Notes: a model not told the origin generated them from the sequence alone. Positions 1-12,921 are shown, counted from the stretch's first letter. The stretch: 64,000 nt of DNA from Eledone cirrhosa (GCA_964016885.1 OZ024749.1:22692001-22756000), one strand, 5' to 3'. Numbers and translations: made by a program.

Positions 1-52
1 GTCCTGTTCCAGTTCTTTTAGCCAATTAGCTTGTCTGTTGAATCCGTCATCC
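1..52 (-). mobile_element. 5'-truncation junction of another R4/Dong-like copy running off the window start
   Basis: Minus strand reads DDGFNRQANWLKELEQD, similar to QDVRHNAQAGWIETVQRE in the 19603-22995 ORF. It abuts the (GTAT)n tract at 53-85. Confidence 0.5.
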
Positions 53-85
53 GTATGTATGTATGTATGTATGTATGTATGTATG

Positions 86-1424
86 TTTTCTCTTTCTCTT
101 AATTTCGAGTATATTTTTTTGACCGGCCACCTTCCTGGTGGCAAGGTTGTAAAAGAAAAGAAATTGTCATCCCTTGAATCGCAAGAATGTTTTGCATATT
201 TTGAAGGTGCCAGCTATCGCAGCCATTTGTAGACTATGAATTAGGGAGCTGCGCTTTTTGTCCGCAAATCCAAGTTCGGTCATACTTTGGTCCAAGCGGG
301 TTGGTATATAACCCGTAGCACCAATAATGATGGGTATGAAGCTAAAGGTGTATCTTGGATACTGGATTTGTAAGCTCCTCATCAATGGTCCGTAGATGTC
401 CTCCTTCTCCTGTATTTTTCTGACAACGTTTACATCAAGTGGGCAGCTGATCTCCACAACAGAACACGTTTTCAATGTGTGGTCCCAAACTACAATATCA
501 GGCCGGTTGTGCTTTAATTTGGTGGCAGTTTTTATTTTCAGGTTCCACCAGTATTCCTTAGTGCCATCTGTCTCAATATATTCTTCCTCGTTTGTTGTTA
601 ATTTTGTTTTCCGAAGTGCGTTCCAGATAGTTCTAGCTATCCCATCGTGTCTCATGGGGAGGTAGTAGCGAGATGACATTCTTTCGCAGCTGGCAACAAT
701 GTGGCCTACATCCTCGATCTTTGTTTTACATAGCCTACATTTATTGTCAGCTGCTGGCCCTCCTCTTTTGTGCAGCAGATATTTGGTAGGGAGTTCTTGT
801 TCCTGTATTGCATAGAGATATCCCTCAAGGTGTGATGTCATAAACATGTCGGAACTCCATGCCAGGCTTTTTGAGTGGTTTATCCCCTCTATGGTCTGTG
901 TTTTACGCCTCAAGTATCCATGCACAACTTTCTCTGTAAATTGGTCAATTTTTTTTTCTTGTTTAAACATTGAATAGGATCTTCCGATTTCTCTGGGTGA
1001 GAGATTTATATCAGGCTTTATTCCATATCTCTCCTCCAGATCAGTCGCTATTCTAATGATATTTCTTTTTTCATGCACATAAACCTGAGCAAGATGGTCG
1101 CCAACCATTTTCCTCTGTTGAAGGTGTTGCTTCAGTGTTACTATCCGGGTCTCATATGTTGTTAATATTGATTTTAGACCCCGGCCACCTTCCTTGCGTG
1201 AGAAGTATAGCCTATCCACATCACCATTGATGTTAAAGTTCCCAGTAACACTGAGAAGTTTTCGAGTTCTAACATCCATCTCACTTAGTTCTTGCAATGA
1301 CCAGTTCAGTAGGCCAAATGTTGGCGTTAGAATTGGCACAGCATAGGTATTGTGGGCAATGTATTTGTTGTATGCTGACAGTTCTGATGACCATATTTTT
1401 TTTACTCTTACATCAAGTGGGCAG
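86..1424 (-). mobile_element. 5'-truncated R4/Dong-clade non-LTR retrotransposon (family A) in (CATA)n; coding about 167-1407
   Basis: Motifs DVDRLYFSRKEGGRGL, CCHC CRLC..HIVASC and RLE HNRPDIVVWD..VEISCP. Stop at 167, about 80-nt 3' UTR with a GCCACC/GGTGGC hairpin, TATG repeats on both sides. Confidence 0.93.
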
Positions 1425-1509
1425 TATGTATGTATGTATGTATGTATGTATGTATGTATGTATGTATGTATGTATGTATGTATGTATGTATGTATGTATG
1501 TATGTATGT

Positions 1510-1850
1510 GATATAACACCTGCAACCCGGATGGTATCCAATGATGTTCTTTTTGGTAAATATCATCTTGGTTAAGAGAGTGGGACTGGCTTTGTGCAGT
1601 GCCTTTGCTCACTATAAAAGCTTCACGGCACAGGCATTGCTTTATATCTGGAGATCTCTCTGCACTTGTCGTCACATGGTACCATGGGCCCAACACTATG
1701 TGTCAATGATTGTCACTGGTGTAGTGTTTGTACCAGAGTTTTCAAGTCGCTGGCTGGACTAAAAAGTCACACTCGTTCAACGCATCGGTAGGGGTTCTCC
1801 TACACGGATATAAAGTAGTGGCCGTACTCGAAAACGAGTTGGCAGCTACC
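1510..1850 (+). mobile_element. Non-autonomous RTE-derived retroelement, 5'-truncated, (ATGT)n tail
   Basis: Near-identical to 2409-2685 and to the 3' half of 11481-12085. 1714-1791 encodes [25 protein letters not shown], a C2H2 finger like RTE C-termini. Confidence 0.75.
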
Positions 1851-2009
1851 ATGTATGTATATATATATGTATATATATATGTATATATGTGTATGTAGGT
1901 ATATGTGTATATATGTATATATATGTATGTATGTATGTATATGTATGTACATATATGTATGTATATATATGTATATGTATGTATATATATATATATATGT
2001 GTATAGTAG

Positions 2010-2045
<36 letters not shown>

Positions 2046-2116
2046 CTATATGTGTGTATGTATATATATGTATGTATGTATATGTATGTATGTATATATA
2101 TGTATGTATGTATATG

Positions 2117-2147
<31 letters not shown>

Positions 2148-2226
2148 GTATATGTATGTATATGTATGTATGTATATATATGTATGTATATGTATATATG
2201 TATGTATGTATGTATGTATTTATATG

Positions 2227-2260
<34 letters not shown>

Positions 2261-2408
2261 CATGTATGTATGTATGTATGTATGTATGTATGTATGTATG
2301 TATGTATATGTATGTATGTATATATGTATATATATATATATGTACATGTATATATGTGCATATATGTATGTATATGTATGTATGTATATATATATATATG
2401 TATGTATT
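1851..2408. repeat. Compound (TATG)n/(TA)n microsatellite
   Basis: Direct reading. Confidence 0.97.
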
Positions 2409-2685
2409 GTTAAGAGAGTGGGACTGGCTTTGTGCAGTGCCTTTGCTCTATAAAAGCTTCACGGCACAGGCATTGCTTAATATCTGGAGATCTCTCTTCA
2501 CTTGTCGTCACATGGTACCATGGGCCCAGCACTATGTGTCAATAATTGGCACAGATGTAGTGTTTGTACCAGAGTTTTCAAGTCGCTGGCTGGACTAAAA
2601 AGTCACACTCGTTCAGGGCATCGGTAGGGGTTCTCCTACATGGATATAAAGTAGTGCCATACTCGAAAACGAGTTGGCAGCCACC
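2409..2685 (+). mobile_element. Second, shorter copy of the non-autonomous RTE-derived element
   Basis: Same 3' end (CTCGAAAACGAGTTGGCAGCCACC), different 5' truncation. Confidence 0.75.
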
Positions 2686-2975
2686 ATATATTGAGGTAAG
2701 TATGCATGTATGTATGATTATATGTATGCATGCTTATATGTATGTATGTTTCTATGTATATATGTATATTTGTATGCAAGTATGTATGCATGAGCGTATG
2801 TATGTAAACATGTATGTATATAAGTATGTATGAATGTGTATGTATGAATATATGTATGTATATATGTGTGTACGAATGTATGTATATTTGTACGTTTATA
2901 TGCACAAAACTGTCTATCTCTCCTCTCTGACCATCTCTCTCTCTATCTTTCTCTTTCTCTCTCCCTCTCTCTCTC

Positions 2976-3010
<35 letters not shown>

Positions 3011-3338
3011 CTCTCTCTCTCTCTCTCTCGCGCACACACACACACGCACACACACATATATATATATATATATTTATCCATATATGAGAAAACTTGAAAA
3101 AATATGTGTATGAACTTAAAGCGTACTTACATGTCGGCTTGCGTGACATAGTATGTTTATGTGTGTGTGTGTGCGGGCGTTTGTACGTATATAAACAGTA
3201 TATATATTTGACTCACGTGTGTATGGGTATAAATTATGTTTTTATCGTCTAGAAGTACTTAGTTGATCTTAACCTCATCCATATAAGTCACATTACAACC
3301 CGTAAAGCTATCGGAATATATCCGGTGTTTACATACAT

Positions 3339-3407
<69 letters not shown>

Positions 3408-3884
3408 ATAAGCGGTTATCTTCATGTTGTATTTTAACCTGTATTTTTGATTGTACCTCTTAATATAAATGTAATCTCGAAGTGTGTACTGCCACTCTAA
3501 ATTCTGTAATGAATGTTGACCCGCAATGTTTGAATATGTATCAATGTTTGAATATGTATCGGTATGTCTCTCGGCTGAAAAGGAGGTCATATAACTGTCC
3601 ATGCATTAATAAATTGGTCCGAAGAATCCAAACCTCGGTTTGGAGGAAACAGCTGTAAGCACAATAATGTTTTGAACAGTTCTTTGATTCTTATATTTCA
3701 TATAACTGCTCTGTAAATCATCTGATGCTTTTACATTGAGCTACTTAACTTACTGGTAATAAGGTAGTAATACATTACTGCCTACCACTATTTAGGGTGT
3801 GTGTAAAATACTTATAACTGCATAAGGTTTTGTATTTACATAACCATAAATAGTATAACTAATACTATATATATATATATATAT

Positions 3885-4218
3885 ATATAAGAACAAAAAG
3901 ATGGTTAAAAGAGTTCCATGTATTTTATTATGCGCATTTCAAAAACAAATATCATCATGCAATAATATTTGTGTTTTCATCAGATAAAACAGGAAGGCAT
4001 GATATGATGGTTAAAAAACACTTGTGGATAGTGCAGTTTTAAATCAACATATGAAAAGTAGTTTTAGATTGATGTGTGATATTGGGAAAAATATGGAACT
4101 CTTTTAACCATCTTTTTGTTCTTATATATTATGTATAATCCAGTCCTACAAACTGTAGAGTGCTACTTATCCGATATCTGCATTGCTTTATTGTACTACA
4201 ATAAAACTCACCTCCTAC
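3885..4218. mobile_element. Hammerhead-bearing non-coding element, family H1, with 5' inverted segment
   Basis: 3885-3920 is inverted at about 4092-4128. Homologous to 55861-56286 and 53255-53348. Hammerhead motif on the minus strand at about 3919-3990. (TA)n on both flanks. Confidence 0.75.
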
Positions 4219-4236
4219 ATATATATATATATATAT

Positions 4237-4890
4237 ACGTACATACATATATGCATACAGACGTACAGTAGTATGTATATATATATACATACATGCGCAC
4301 ATATGTATATGTACGTATGGATTCACCGAACATTTATTATAATGCCCGGTGTGTTTGTAAACACACATCCCGAATTAAGCCGTAGTGTCTAGCAACCATC
4401 GTTGCTCATTTGTTCAACACTGACAAAGGAACGCTGTACTAGTTTCAAGCTTATTAGCTATCGTCAGCAACGTATACCTTCCTGCCAGATAGTTGAACGT
4501 CTGAAAGTATATACTTTCCTTATGCATATTAACTGCTGAGCAGCCTAATTTGCATATCGAGTGAGTTAATCGGCCGGGGTACCGAAAACGATAAACGGAA
4601 AAATGAAACGAAATTTCATTTCTCACTCTTAGTACGGCTGTTACTTAAATATAAGTATGTATACGTACATACATATATGTATACAGACGTACAGTAGTAT
4701 GTATATATATATTTATATACATACATGAACACATATATATATGTACGTATGGATTCACCGAAGATTTATTATAATGCCCGGAAAATTCATTATAATGCCG
4801 GAACATTTATTATAATAAACGGAAAAAATGAAATTTCGTTTCATTTTTTACGTTTATCGTTTTCGGTACCCCGACCGATTAACTCACTTC
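4237..4890. repeat. Unclassified dispersed repeat with direct and inverted segments
   Basis: 4237-4350 is repeated at about 4662-4781 and 50074-50185. About 4560-4624 is inverted at about 4821-4888. Confidence 0.6.
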
Positions 4891-4980
4891 TAGTGTGTGC
4901 TAGAAACTAAGTTGTTGACATTATCTGCGTCTCCATATTGAAAGTCTGGAATAGGTTTTCTCCCAGAAACAAATATTTAT

Positions 4981-4981
4981 T

Positions 4982-5050
<69 letters not shown>

Positions 5051-5061
5051 GCACCACCACC

Positions 5062-5103
<42 letters not shown>

Positions 5104-5150
5104 GCCACAACCACAATCACCACCACCACCACCACTACAACAACAACTAT

Positions 5151-5203
<53 letters not shown>

Positions 5204-5235
5204 TTACTACTGCTGCTACAACTACTACCACCACA

Positions 5236-5274
<39 letters not shown>

Positions 5275-5289
5275 GCTACCACCACCACC

Positions 5290-5323
<34 letters not shown>

Positions 5324-5349
5324 ATACTACTACTACTACTACTACAATG

Positions 5350-5416
<67 letters not shown>

Positions 5417-6354
5417 GTACTACTACTACTACTACTACAATCATAATATTAAACATAGGAATGTTATTTCACTCTTTTTTACGTGAAGGAGTTGACGATG
5501 ATGATGATAATGATGCTGATGGTAATAATTGCGATGTTAATGAGGATGATGGTGATGATGATGATGATGTTGATGATGGTGATGGTGATGATGGTGATGG
5601 TGATAGTGATGGTGATGATTGTGATGGTGACGGTGATCGTGATGGTGATGATGGTGATGGTGATAGTGATGGTGATGATTGTGATGGTGACGGTGATGGT
5701 GATGGTGATGATGGTGATGGTGATGATGGTGATGGTGATGATGGTGATGATGGTGATGGTGATGATGGTGATGGTGATGGTGATGGTGATGATGGTGATG
5801 GTGATGATGGTGATGGTGATGGTGATGGTGATGGTGATGATGATGATGGTGATGGTGATGGTGATGGTGATGATGGTGATGGTGATGGTGATGATGGTGA
5901 TGGTGATGGTGTTGGTGATGATGATGATGGTGATGTTGATGATGGTGATGGTGATTGTGATGGTGACGGTGATGGTGATGGTGATGATGGTGATGGTGAT
6001 GATGGTGATGGTGATGGTGATGGTGATGGTGATGGTGATGACAGTGATGGTGATGGTGATGGTGATGATTGTGATGGTGATGGTGATGGTGGTGATGGTG
6101 ATGGTGATGGTGATGAAGTTGTTATATAAGAAATTTGATTAGGATGGCGAGGAAAATGATGATGTTGATGATGACGACGACGATGACAACGATGACGGAA
6201 ACAAGAAAAATGGGGTTGATGTCGATGACGAAGAGGACGATGATATCGATGACAGCGATGACGGCGGCGAGAACGATGAGGATGAAGATGATGATGATGT
6301 TGATGATGATGTTAATGATGAAGATGATGATGATGGTGACGATGAGGATGACGG

Positions 6355-6394
<40 letters not shown>

Positions 6395-6402
6395 GATGAC
6401 GG

Positions 6403-6440
<38 letters not shown>
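4981..6440. repeat. Long triplet microsatellite block: (CTA)n/(CCA)n then (GAT/GGT)n
   Basis: Direct reading. Confidence 0.97.
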
Positions 6441-6600
6441 ATGAGAATTGTGACGGTGATGAAATCGTAGGAAATGTCAATAAAAATAAGAAATAAAAAG
6501 AAAGAAAACATACCAAAAGTAAACAAAACAAGATAAAAAAATTAAAGAAACGTACGTAATGAATAAATAAATATATAAACAAATATATATATATATATAT

Positions 6601-6634
<34 letters not shown>

Positions 6635-6706
6635 AATATATAATATACAACAATTAAACAAATATAATACAAACATACATATATACGTATATGTAGGTAT
6701 ACACGC

Positions 6707-6770
<64 letters not shown>

Positions 6771-6772
6771 TA

Positions 6773-6823
<51 letters not shown>

Positions 6824-6886
6824 CAATATGCATCGATTAAACATAAATATAGTACACACACACACACGTATACATATGTATGTCTA

Positions 6887-6970
<84 letters not shown>

Positions 6971-6975
6971 TATAG

Positions 6976-7020
<45 letters not shown>

Positions 7021-7461
7021 TATAGATATATATAAATATATTTATTTATATATAATTATATAAATAAATATACAAATACATAAATATAAATATAAATATA
7101 TCAATATATAAACAAATAAATAAATATATATATATATATTAATAAATAAATAAATAAATAAATATCTATGTAAATAAAGCCCTCCAAATATACCCGCCAA
7201 AACTAACTACAACATTTCCATATATAGAACACTAATGAATTTCTAAAAGAAAGCGCTTTTCTATGGCAGCCATTTTGTGTATATCTATTTATCTTTGATA
7301 GTTTGACATATATTCCTCAAGGCAAAATACTGTCTTGAAAACATTCATTACCATTTCTATGAAAGAGTCTTTTTTGGCGTAGCATTCTTGGTGCCAATGT
7401 TTGCCATAGAGATTGCTTGTTTCGCTCTTAGGTATGAATCAGATGCAAGCTTCTGAATGAC

Positions 7462-7550
7462 AAAAATGAAAAATGAAAAATGAAAAATGAAAAATGAAAA
7501 ATGAAAAATGAAAAATGAAAAATGAAAAATGAAAAATGAAAAATGAAAAA
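7462..7550. repeat. (AAAAATG)n simple repeat
   Basis: Direct reading. Confidence 0.95.
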
Positions 7551-7728
7551 TCAAAACTGCTTCGCCTACATTTCAGCTGTCCTCTGTTGCACAATATTTT
7601 TTTCCATACAAGTACATCATGTGTAATCTATATGTGCTTCAGTATATCTGTATATATATATATATATATATATACATATCCACATGTACTTGTACATGTG
7701 TATAAATATATACATACATGTCTGTATG

Positions 7729-7784
<56 letters not shown>

Positions 7785-7915
7785 TTTATATATAAATTGT
7801 TATGCAATATGATGAATACAATCATCACACCAGAAGATAAAAACTTTGAAGATGAAATGAATTCAAATGCATATGCATGTATAATATATATAATTATATA
7901 TGTATATACTCGTAT

Positions 7916-7969
<54 letters not shown>

Positions 7970-8448
7970 TCAATCAACAACATGTGTTGATCTGTCTTTC
8001 CCCGACACTCCCTTTTCTTCTCTGAATCAGAAACTATTCTCCCACTCTCTCTCATCTGCAATATCTTCCCCTCTCTCTCTCATCTAATATATCTCCCCAT
8101 CTCTCTGTCCCCTCTTTCTCTCTGTTTCTATACAATTACCACATTCAATCTACAGGCAGCCATATTTACTTCCAAGATCGTTTTATTGTTATTTCAAAAC
8201 CGGATTAGAAAAAACAAACAAACAAACAAACTCGAAGATGTCTCAGGTGAGATACAGCAATACAAGCCAGCCGACTGAATCGACTGTTCCATCTGTACTT
8301 ACACATAACCACATACACACACACACATATATGCACACACACACACACACCTATACACACACAGACACAAATACACACAGACACACACATACACACATAC
8401 ACACACATATACACACACATACACACATACACACACACATACACACAA

Positions 8449-8489
<41 letters not shown>

Positions 8490-8554
8490 CATACATATTC
8501 ACACAAATACTGACACACATTCATACATACGTACATATATACACCCATATACAT

Positions 8555-8612
<58 letters not shown>

Positions 8613-9109
8613 CTATATATACAGAAATATACAAGCAAACACATACAAACACATTCATACACACATGCATACATACACACACATATACACACATACACAC
8701 ATACACACATACAGACACAGACTGACACACACATAGATACATAGACACTCCTACAGATACTCATATATATAGTTTTATGTTTGACATGTATATATATGTA
8801 CACAAACACGCACACGCACGCACACACACACTTATATATATGTGTGTGTGTGTGTATCTGTGTGTGTGTGTGTGTGTGTATGTTCTGTTTTGATAATATT
8901 TTACTAATAGCGATAGAGTCGCTTTCTGACAGACACAAGACTCTTTCATTGGAATTTAGACTCAACTAAGTAAATATGTCTGCATGTCTGCATGCTTGCG
9001 TGTGTTTGTGTGTGTGTGAGTGTGTGTACAGGTAATTATATTATTGTATGTGTGGATGTGGATGGTTTGAGTTATACGTGCGCATCTGTACATGTGCATA
9101 TGTAGTTAA

Positions 9110-9418
9110 TAGATGCAGAATTTTTGCAATGTTTTGCATATTTTTACTGAAGACCAATATTGATCTGCTGCCCTTCATAAAAAAGCAGAAAGGATATAGC
9201 AAACTAATAAATTATAGTCATGGCATGTACTTGTAATTGGATTGTACTTGTCATTTCCTAACTAGTCTTCTTCTTTCTGTTTCTGTGATGTCAAGCTTCT
9301 CAAGATTTTTATTGAGGTAGTTACTAACATATCCAAGTGTCCCAATAATCACAGGCATACATCTGAGTGTATAGTCAGGGTAGAGTATCTGCAGATTACT
9401 CATTAGTTATGCATAGGT
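9110..9418 (-). mobile_element. Degenerate 3' end of an older, divergent relative of R4/Dong family A
   Basis: Translates LMSNLQILYPDYTLRCMPVIIGTLGYV...KICKTLQKF versus LMRSLQIQYPRYTFSFIPIIIGATGYI...KICKTFLRF in family A. Contains stops. Confidence 0.7.
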
Positions 9419-11157
9419 GTTACATCAAGTGGGCAGCTGATCGCCACATCAGAACACTGTTTCAATATGTAGTCCCAAACAATATCAGGCCGGTTGTGCT
9501 TTAATTTGGTGTCAGTTTTTATTTTCAGGTTCCACCAGTATTCCTTAGTGCCATCTGTCTCAATATATTCTTCCTCGTTTGTTGTTAATTTTGTTTTCCG
9601 AAGTGCGTTCCAGATGGTTCTAGCTATCCCATCGTGTCTCATGGGGAGGTAGTAGCGAGATGACATTCTTTCGCAGCTGGCAACAATGTGGCTTACATCC
9701 TCGATCTTTGTTTTACATAGCCTACATTTATTGTCAACTGCTGGCCCTCCTCTTTTGTGCAGCAGATATTTGGTAGGGAGTTCTTGTTCCTGTATTGCAT
9801 AGAGATATCCCTCAAGGTGTGATGTCATAAACTTGTCGGAACTCCATGCCAGGCTTTTTGAATGGTTTATCCCCTCTATGGTCTGTGTTTTACGCCTCAA
9901 GTATCCATGCACAACTTTTTCTGTAAATTGGTCAATTTTCTTATCTTGTTTGAACATTGAATAGGATCTTCCGATTTCTCTGGGTGAGAGATTTATATCA
10001 GGCTTTATTCCATATCTCTCCTCCAGATCAGTCGCTATTCTAATGATATTTCTTTTTTCATGCTCATAAACCTGGGCAATATGGTTGCCAACCATTTTCC
10101 TCTGTTGAAGGTGTTGCTTCAGTGTTACTATCCGGGTCTCATATGTTGTTAATATTGATTTTAGACCCCGGCCACCTTCCTTGCGTGAGAAGTATAGCCT
10201 ATCCACATCACCATTGATGTTAAAGTTGCCAGTAACACTGAGAAGTTTTCGAGTTCTAACATCCATCTCACTTAGTTCTTGCAATGACCAGTTCAGTAGG
10301 CCAAATGTTGGCGTTAGAATTGGCACAGCATAAGTATTGTGGGCAATGTATTTGTTGTATGCTGACAGTTCTGATGACCATATTTTCTTTACTCTTCTGA
10401 GGTATTCAGTTCTGGTTCTCTCCTTATTTATGGGTCCATCATATGTGACATTCTCATCCTGTCCAAGATATCTGTAGTTGTCACCTGACTGCAGAGGTTG
10501 TATTGTCAGGCCGTTCATCTCTAGATTTCTAGAGAAGGGAACAGCTCTTCCACGTTTTACTGCCAAATATGCACACTTGGACTCACCAAATTTCATTTTG
10601 ATGTCGGTTGAAAATTGTGTAATAACTTCCAATTGTTTCTTGATATCATTGATATTTGGCCCATACAACTTCAGGTCATCAACAAAGAAAAGATGGGAGA
10701 TACTTCTGGGCCCACTTCTTTGTCCACCTTGTTTCCTGAGTAGGTAAGATAGTGGATTCAGTGAGAGAACGAAGAGTAGCACTGACAAGCTATCACGCTG
10801 AAAGATGCCCTTCTGGTAATGTATCTTATCAGTCTTAACCTGCTCCTTCTCACCTCTAAGGATCAAACTGGTGTACCAGTTCTTGGTCAGGCGTTCAACA
10901 GCAGCTACCAATGGTTGTGGGACTTTAGCTAACTGTAAAGCCTTAACAATCCACCCATGAGGTACACTATCAAATGCTTTTTGATAGTCCAGCCACACGA
11001 CAGTCATGTTTCTGCGATTCTTTGTTGTTTTTTCCTGAATCATTTTGTTAGTTAGTAGGTGATCTATGCAACCCCACACCTCCCTCTTTCCACCAGCTTG
11101 CTCAGGTGTTATGATGTTGTTGGTAGCACAGTGATCCTGTAAGAACAGGTTAAGGCA
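9419..11157 (-). mobile_element. R4/Dong family A copy (RT + CCHC + part of RLE), 5'-truncated, defective
   Basis: WLDYQKAFDSVPH, GIFQRDSLS (conserved G changed to R), LFFVDDLKL, CCHC. Near-identical to 430-1407. 5' end abuts (ATGT)n. Confidence 0.93.
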
Positions 11158-11480
11158 TGTATTTATGTATGTATGTATGTATGTATGTATGTATGTATGT
11201 ATGTATGTATGTATGTATGTATATATATATATATGTATGTATGTATATATATGTATGTGTATGTATATATATATGTATATGTGTATGTGTGTATACTTAT
11301 GTATGTATGTATGTATGTATGTATGTATGTATGTATATGTGTGTATATGTATATGTATATGTATGTATATGTATGTATATATGTGTGTGTATGTATGTAT
11401 ATGTGTATGTGTATGTGTATGTATGTATGTATGTATATGTATGTATGTGTGTATGTATGTATGTATATATATATGTATGT

Positions 11481-12085
11481 CAGGTCACCAGTTGGGCTAC
11501 TGGTAACATGTATCCCAGTACAACCTGTCTCATGGTCGGGTCGTTGGCGACTAAACTGGCAACCCCACCAAGGTTTCTTGGTGAGGACGGTGACTTTGGA
11601 CATCCTGCAGGACTAAAAACAAAACCTGTCAAAGGGTAAAGGAGCTCTTAAGAGTCAATGGCCATCCAAAATCACTGGGGGAGATGACCCCTTAGCCTTT
11701 GTCAAGGCAGAATTCTAGGAGAAGGAAAACTCTGATATAACACCTGGAACTCTGATAGTATCCAATGATGTTGACTTGTTCTTCATTTTGGTAAATATCA
11801 TCTTGGTTAAGAGAGTGGGACTGGCTTTGTGCAGTGCCTTTGCTCACTATAAAAGCTTCACGGCACAGGCATTGCTTTATATCTGGAGATCTATCTGCAC
11901 TTATCGTCACATGGTACAATGGGCCCAGCACTATGTGTCAGTAATTGTCACAAGTGTAGTGTTTGTACCAGAGTTTTCAAGTCGCTGGCTGGAGTAAAAA
12001 GTCACAGTCGTTCAGCGCATCGGTAGGGGTTCTCCTACATGGATATAAAGTAGTGGCCGTACTCGAAAACGAGTTGGCAGCCACC
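11481..12085 (+). mobile_element. Longest (about 605 bp) copy of the bipartite non-autonomous RTE-derived element
   Basis: Structured 5' segment joined to the RTE-like 3' end, with an ATGT tail. No RT or endonuclease coding sequence. Confidence 0.75.
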
Positions 12086-12464
12086 ATGTATGTATGTAAT
12101 ACATACAAACTGCTTGGAATCAACGAACCTTAAACATAAGGAGTGCCTTTCAGTGTTAGTTTGTCTCGGTACTTAGCTTGAATTTTTTTCAGCCCTTGTT
12201 TCTATAAATATAGTTTTTAAAGAATCCCCTTTCTTTAATTCCATCAACCAATTACCTCCACCCACCCCAATCGCCATCTCCTCGTACCACATGAAAATTC
12301 ATAAATACCACCATATTAATTGGACAGTCGGCTTCCTGATGATTTCTCCAGAATGAAACTGTTCCAGTCCTGTAGAAGCCTTTTCTATATTAAATATTTA
12401 TACTCTGCTATGTGTTGAGTACCTTACTTACTGTGGTTACCCCGAGTGAACCCGGGATAAACAA

Positions 12465-12502
<38 letters not shown>

Positions 12503-12515
12503 CATATTATATATA

Positions 12516-12612
12516 GCCGACGTTGACTTTGCCTTTCATCTTTACGGGGTCGATAAAATAAAGTACCAGTAATGCACTGGTTAATTTCTGGCCTTGTGCC
12601 TAAAGTAGAAAC

Positions 12613-12617
<5 letters not shown>
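12516..12617 (+). mobile_element. 5'-truncated tRNA-derived SINE
   Basis: Matches the 3' part of 52665-52849. Confidence 0.85.
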
Positions 12618-12692
<75 letters not shown>

Positions 12693-12694
<2 letters not shown>

Positions 12695-12883
12695 CGAAGG
12701 AAATGTGGTAAGGAACCAGGTGGACCATAACGCACCAAAGTACTCAATACTTGAGGTAGTAGAGTGGGTAATAGGAACCAGTAAGACCCCGACAGCTGAG
12801 CTCAAGCCGTTTCGACGGCTAATTCTGGACTCAGAATTAGCCGTCGAAACGGCTTGAGCTCAGCTGTCGGGGTCTTACTGGTT

Positions 12884-12888
<5 letters not shown>
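12693..12888 (-). mobile_element. Non-coding element family H2 with perfect 57-bp fold-back and partial hammerhead
   Basis: Arms 12771-12827 and 12832-12888, loop GACT. GAAACGGCT..AGCTGTC-GGGGT. Homologous to 18918-19112 and 54527-54715. Confidence 0.75.

Positions 12889-12921
<33 letters not shown>

Noticed and set aside
1425-1696. N-terminal part of the 509-aa ORF 167-1696
   Set aside because: It is read-through across the TATG tract and the antisense strand of the RTE derivative, not part of the R4 protein.
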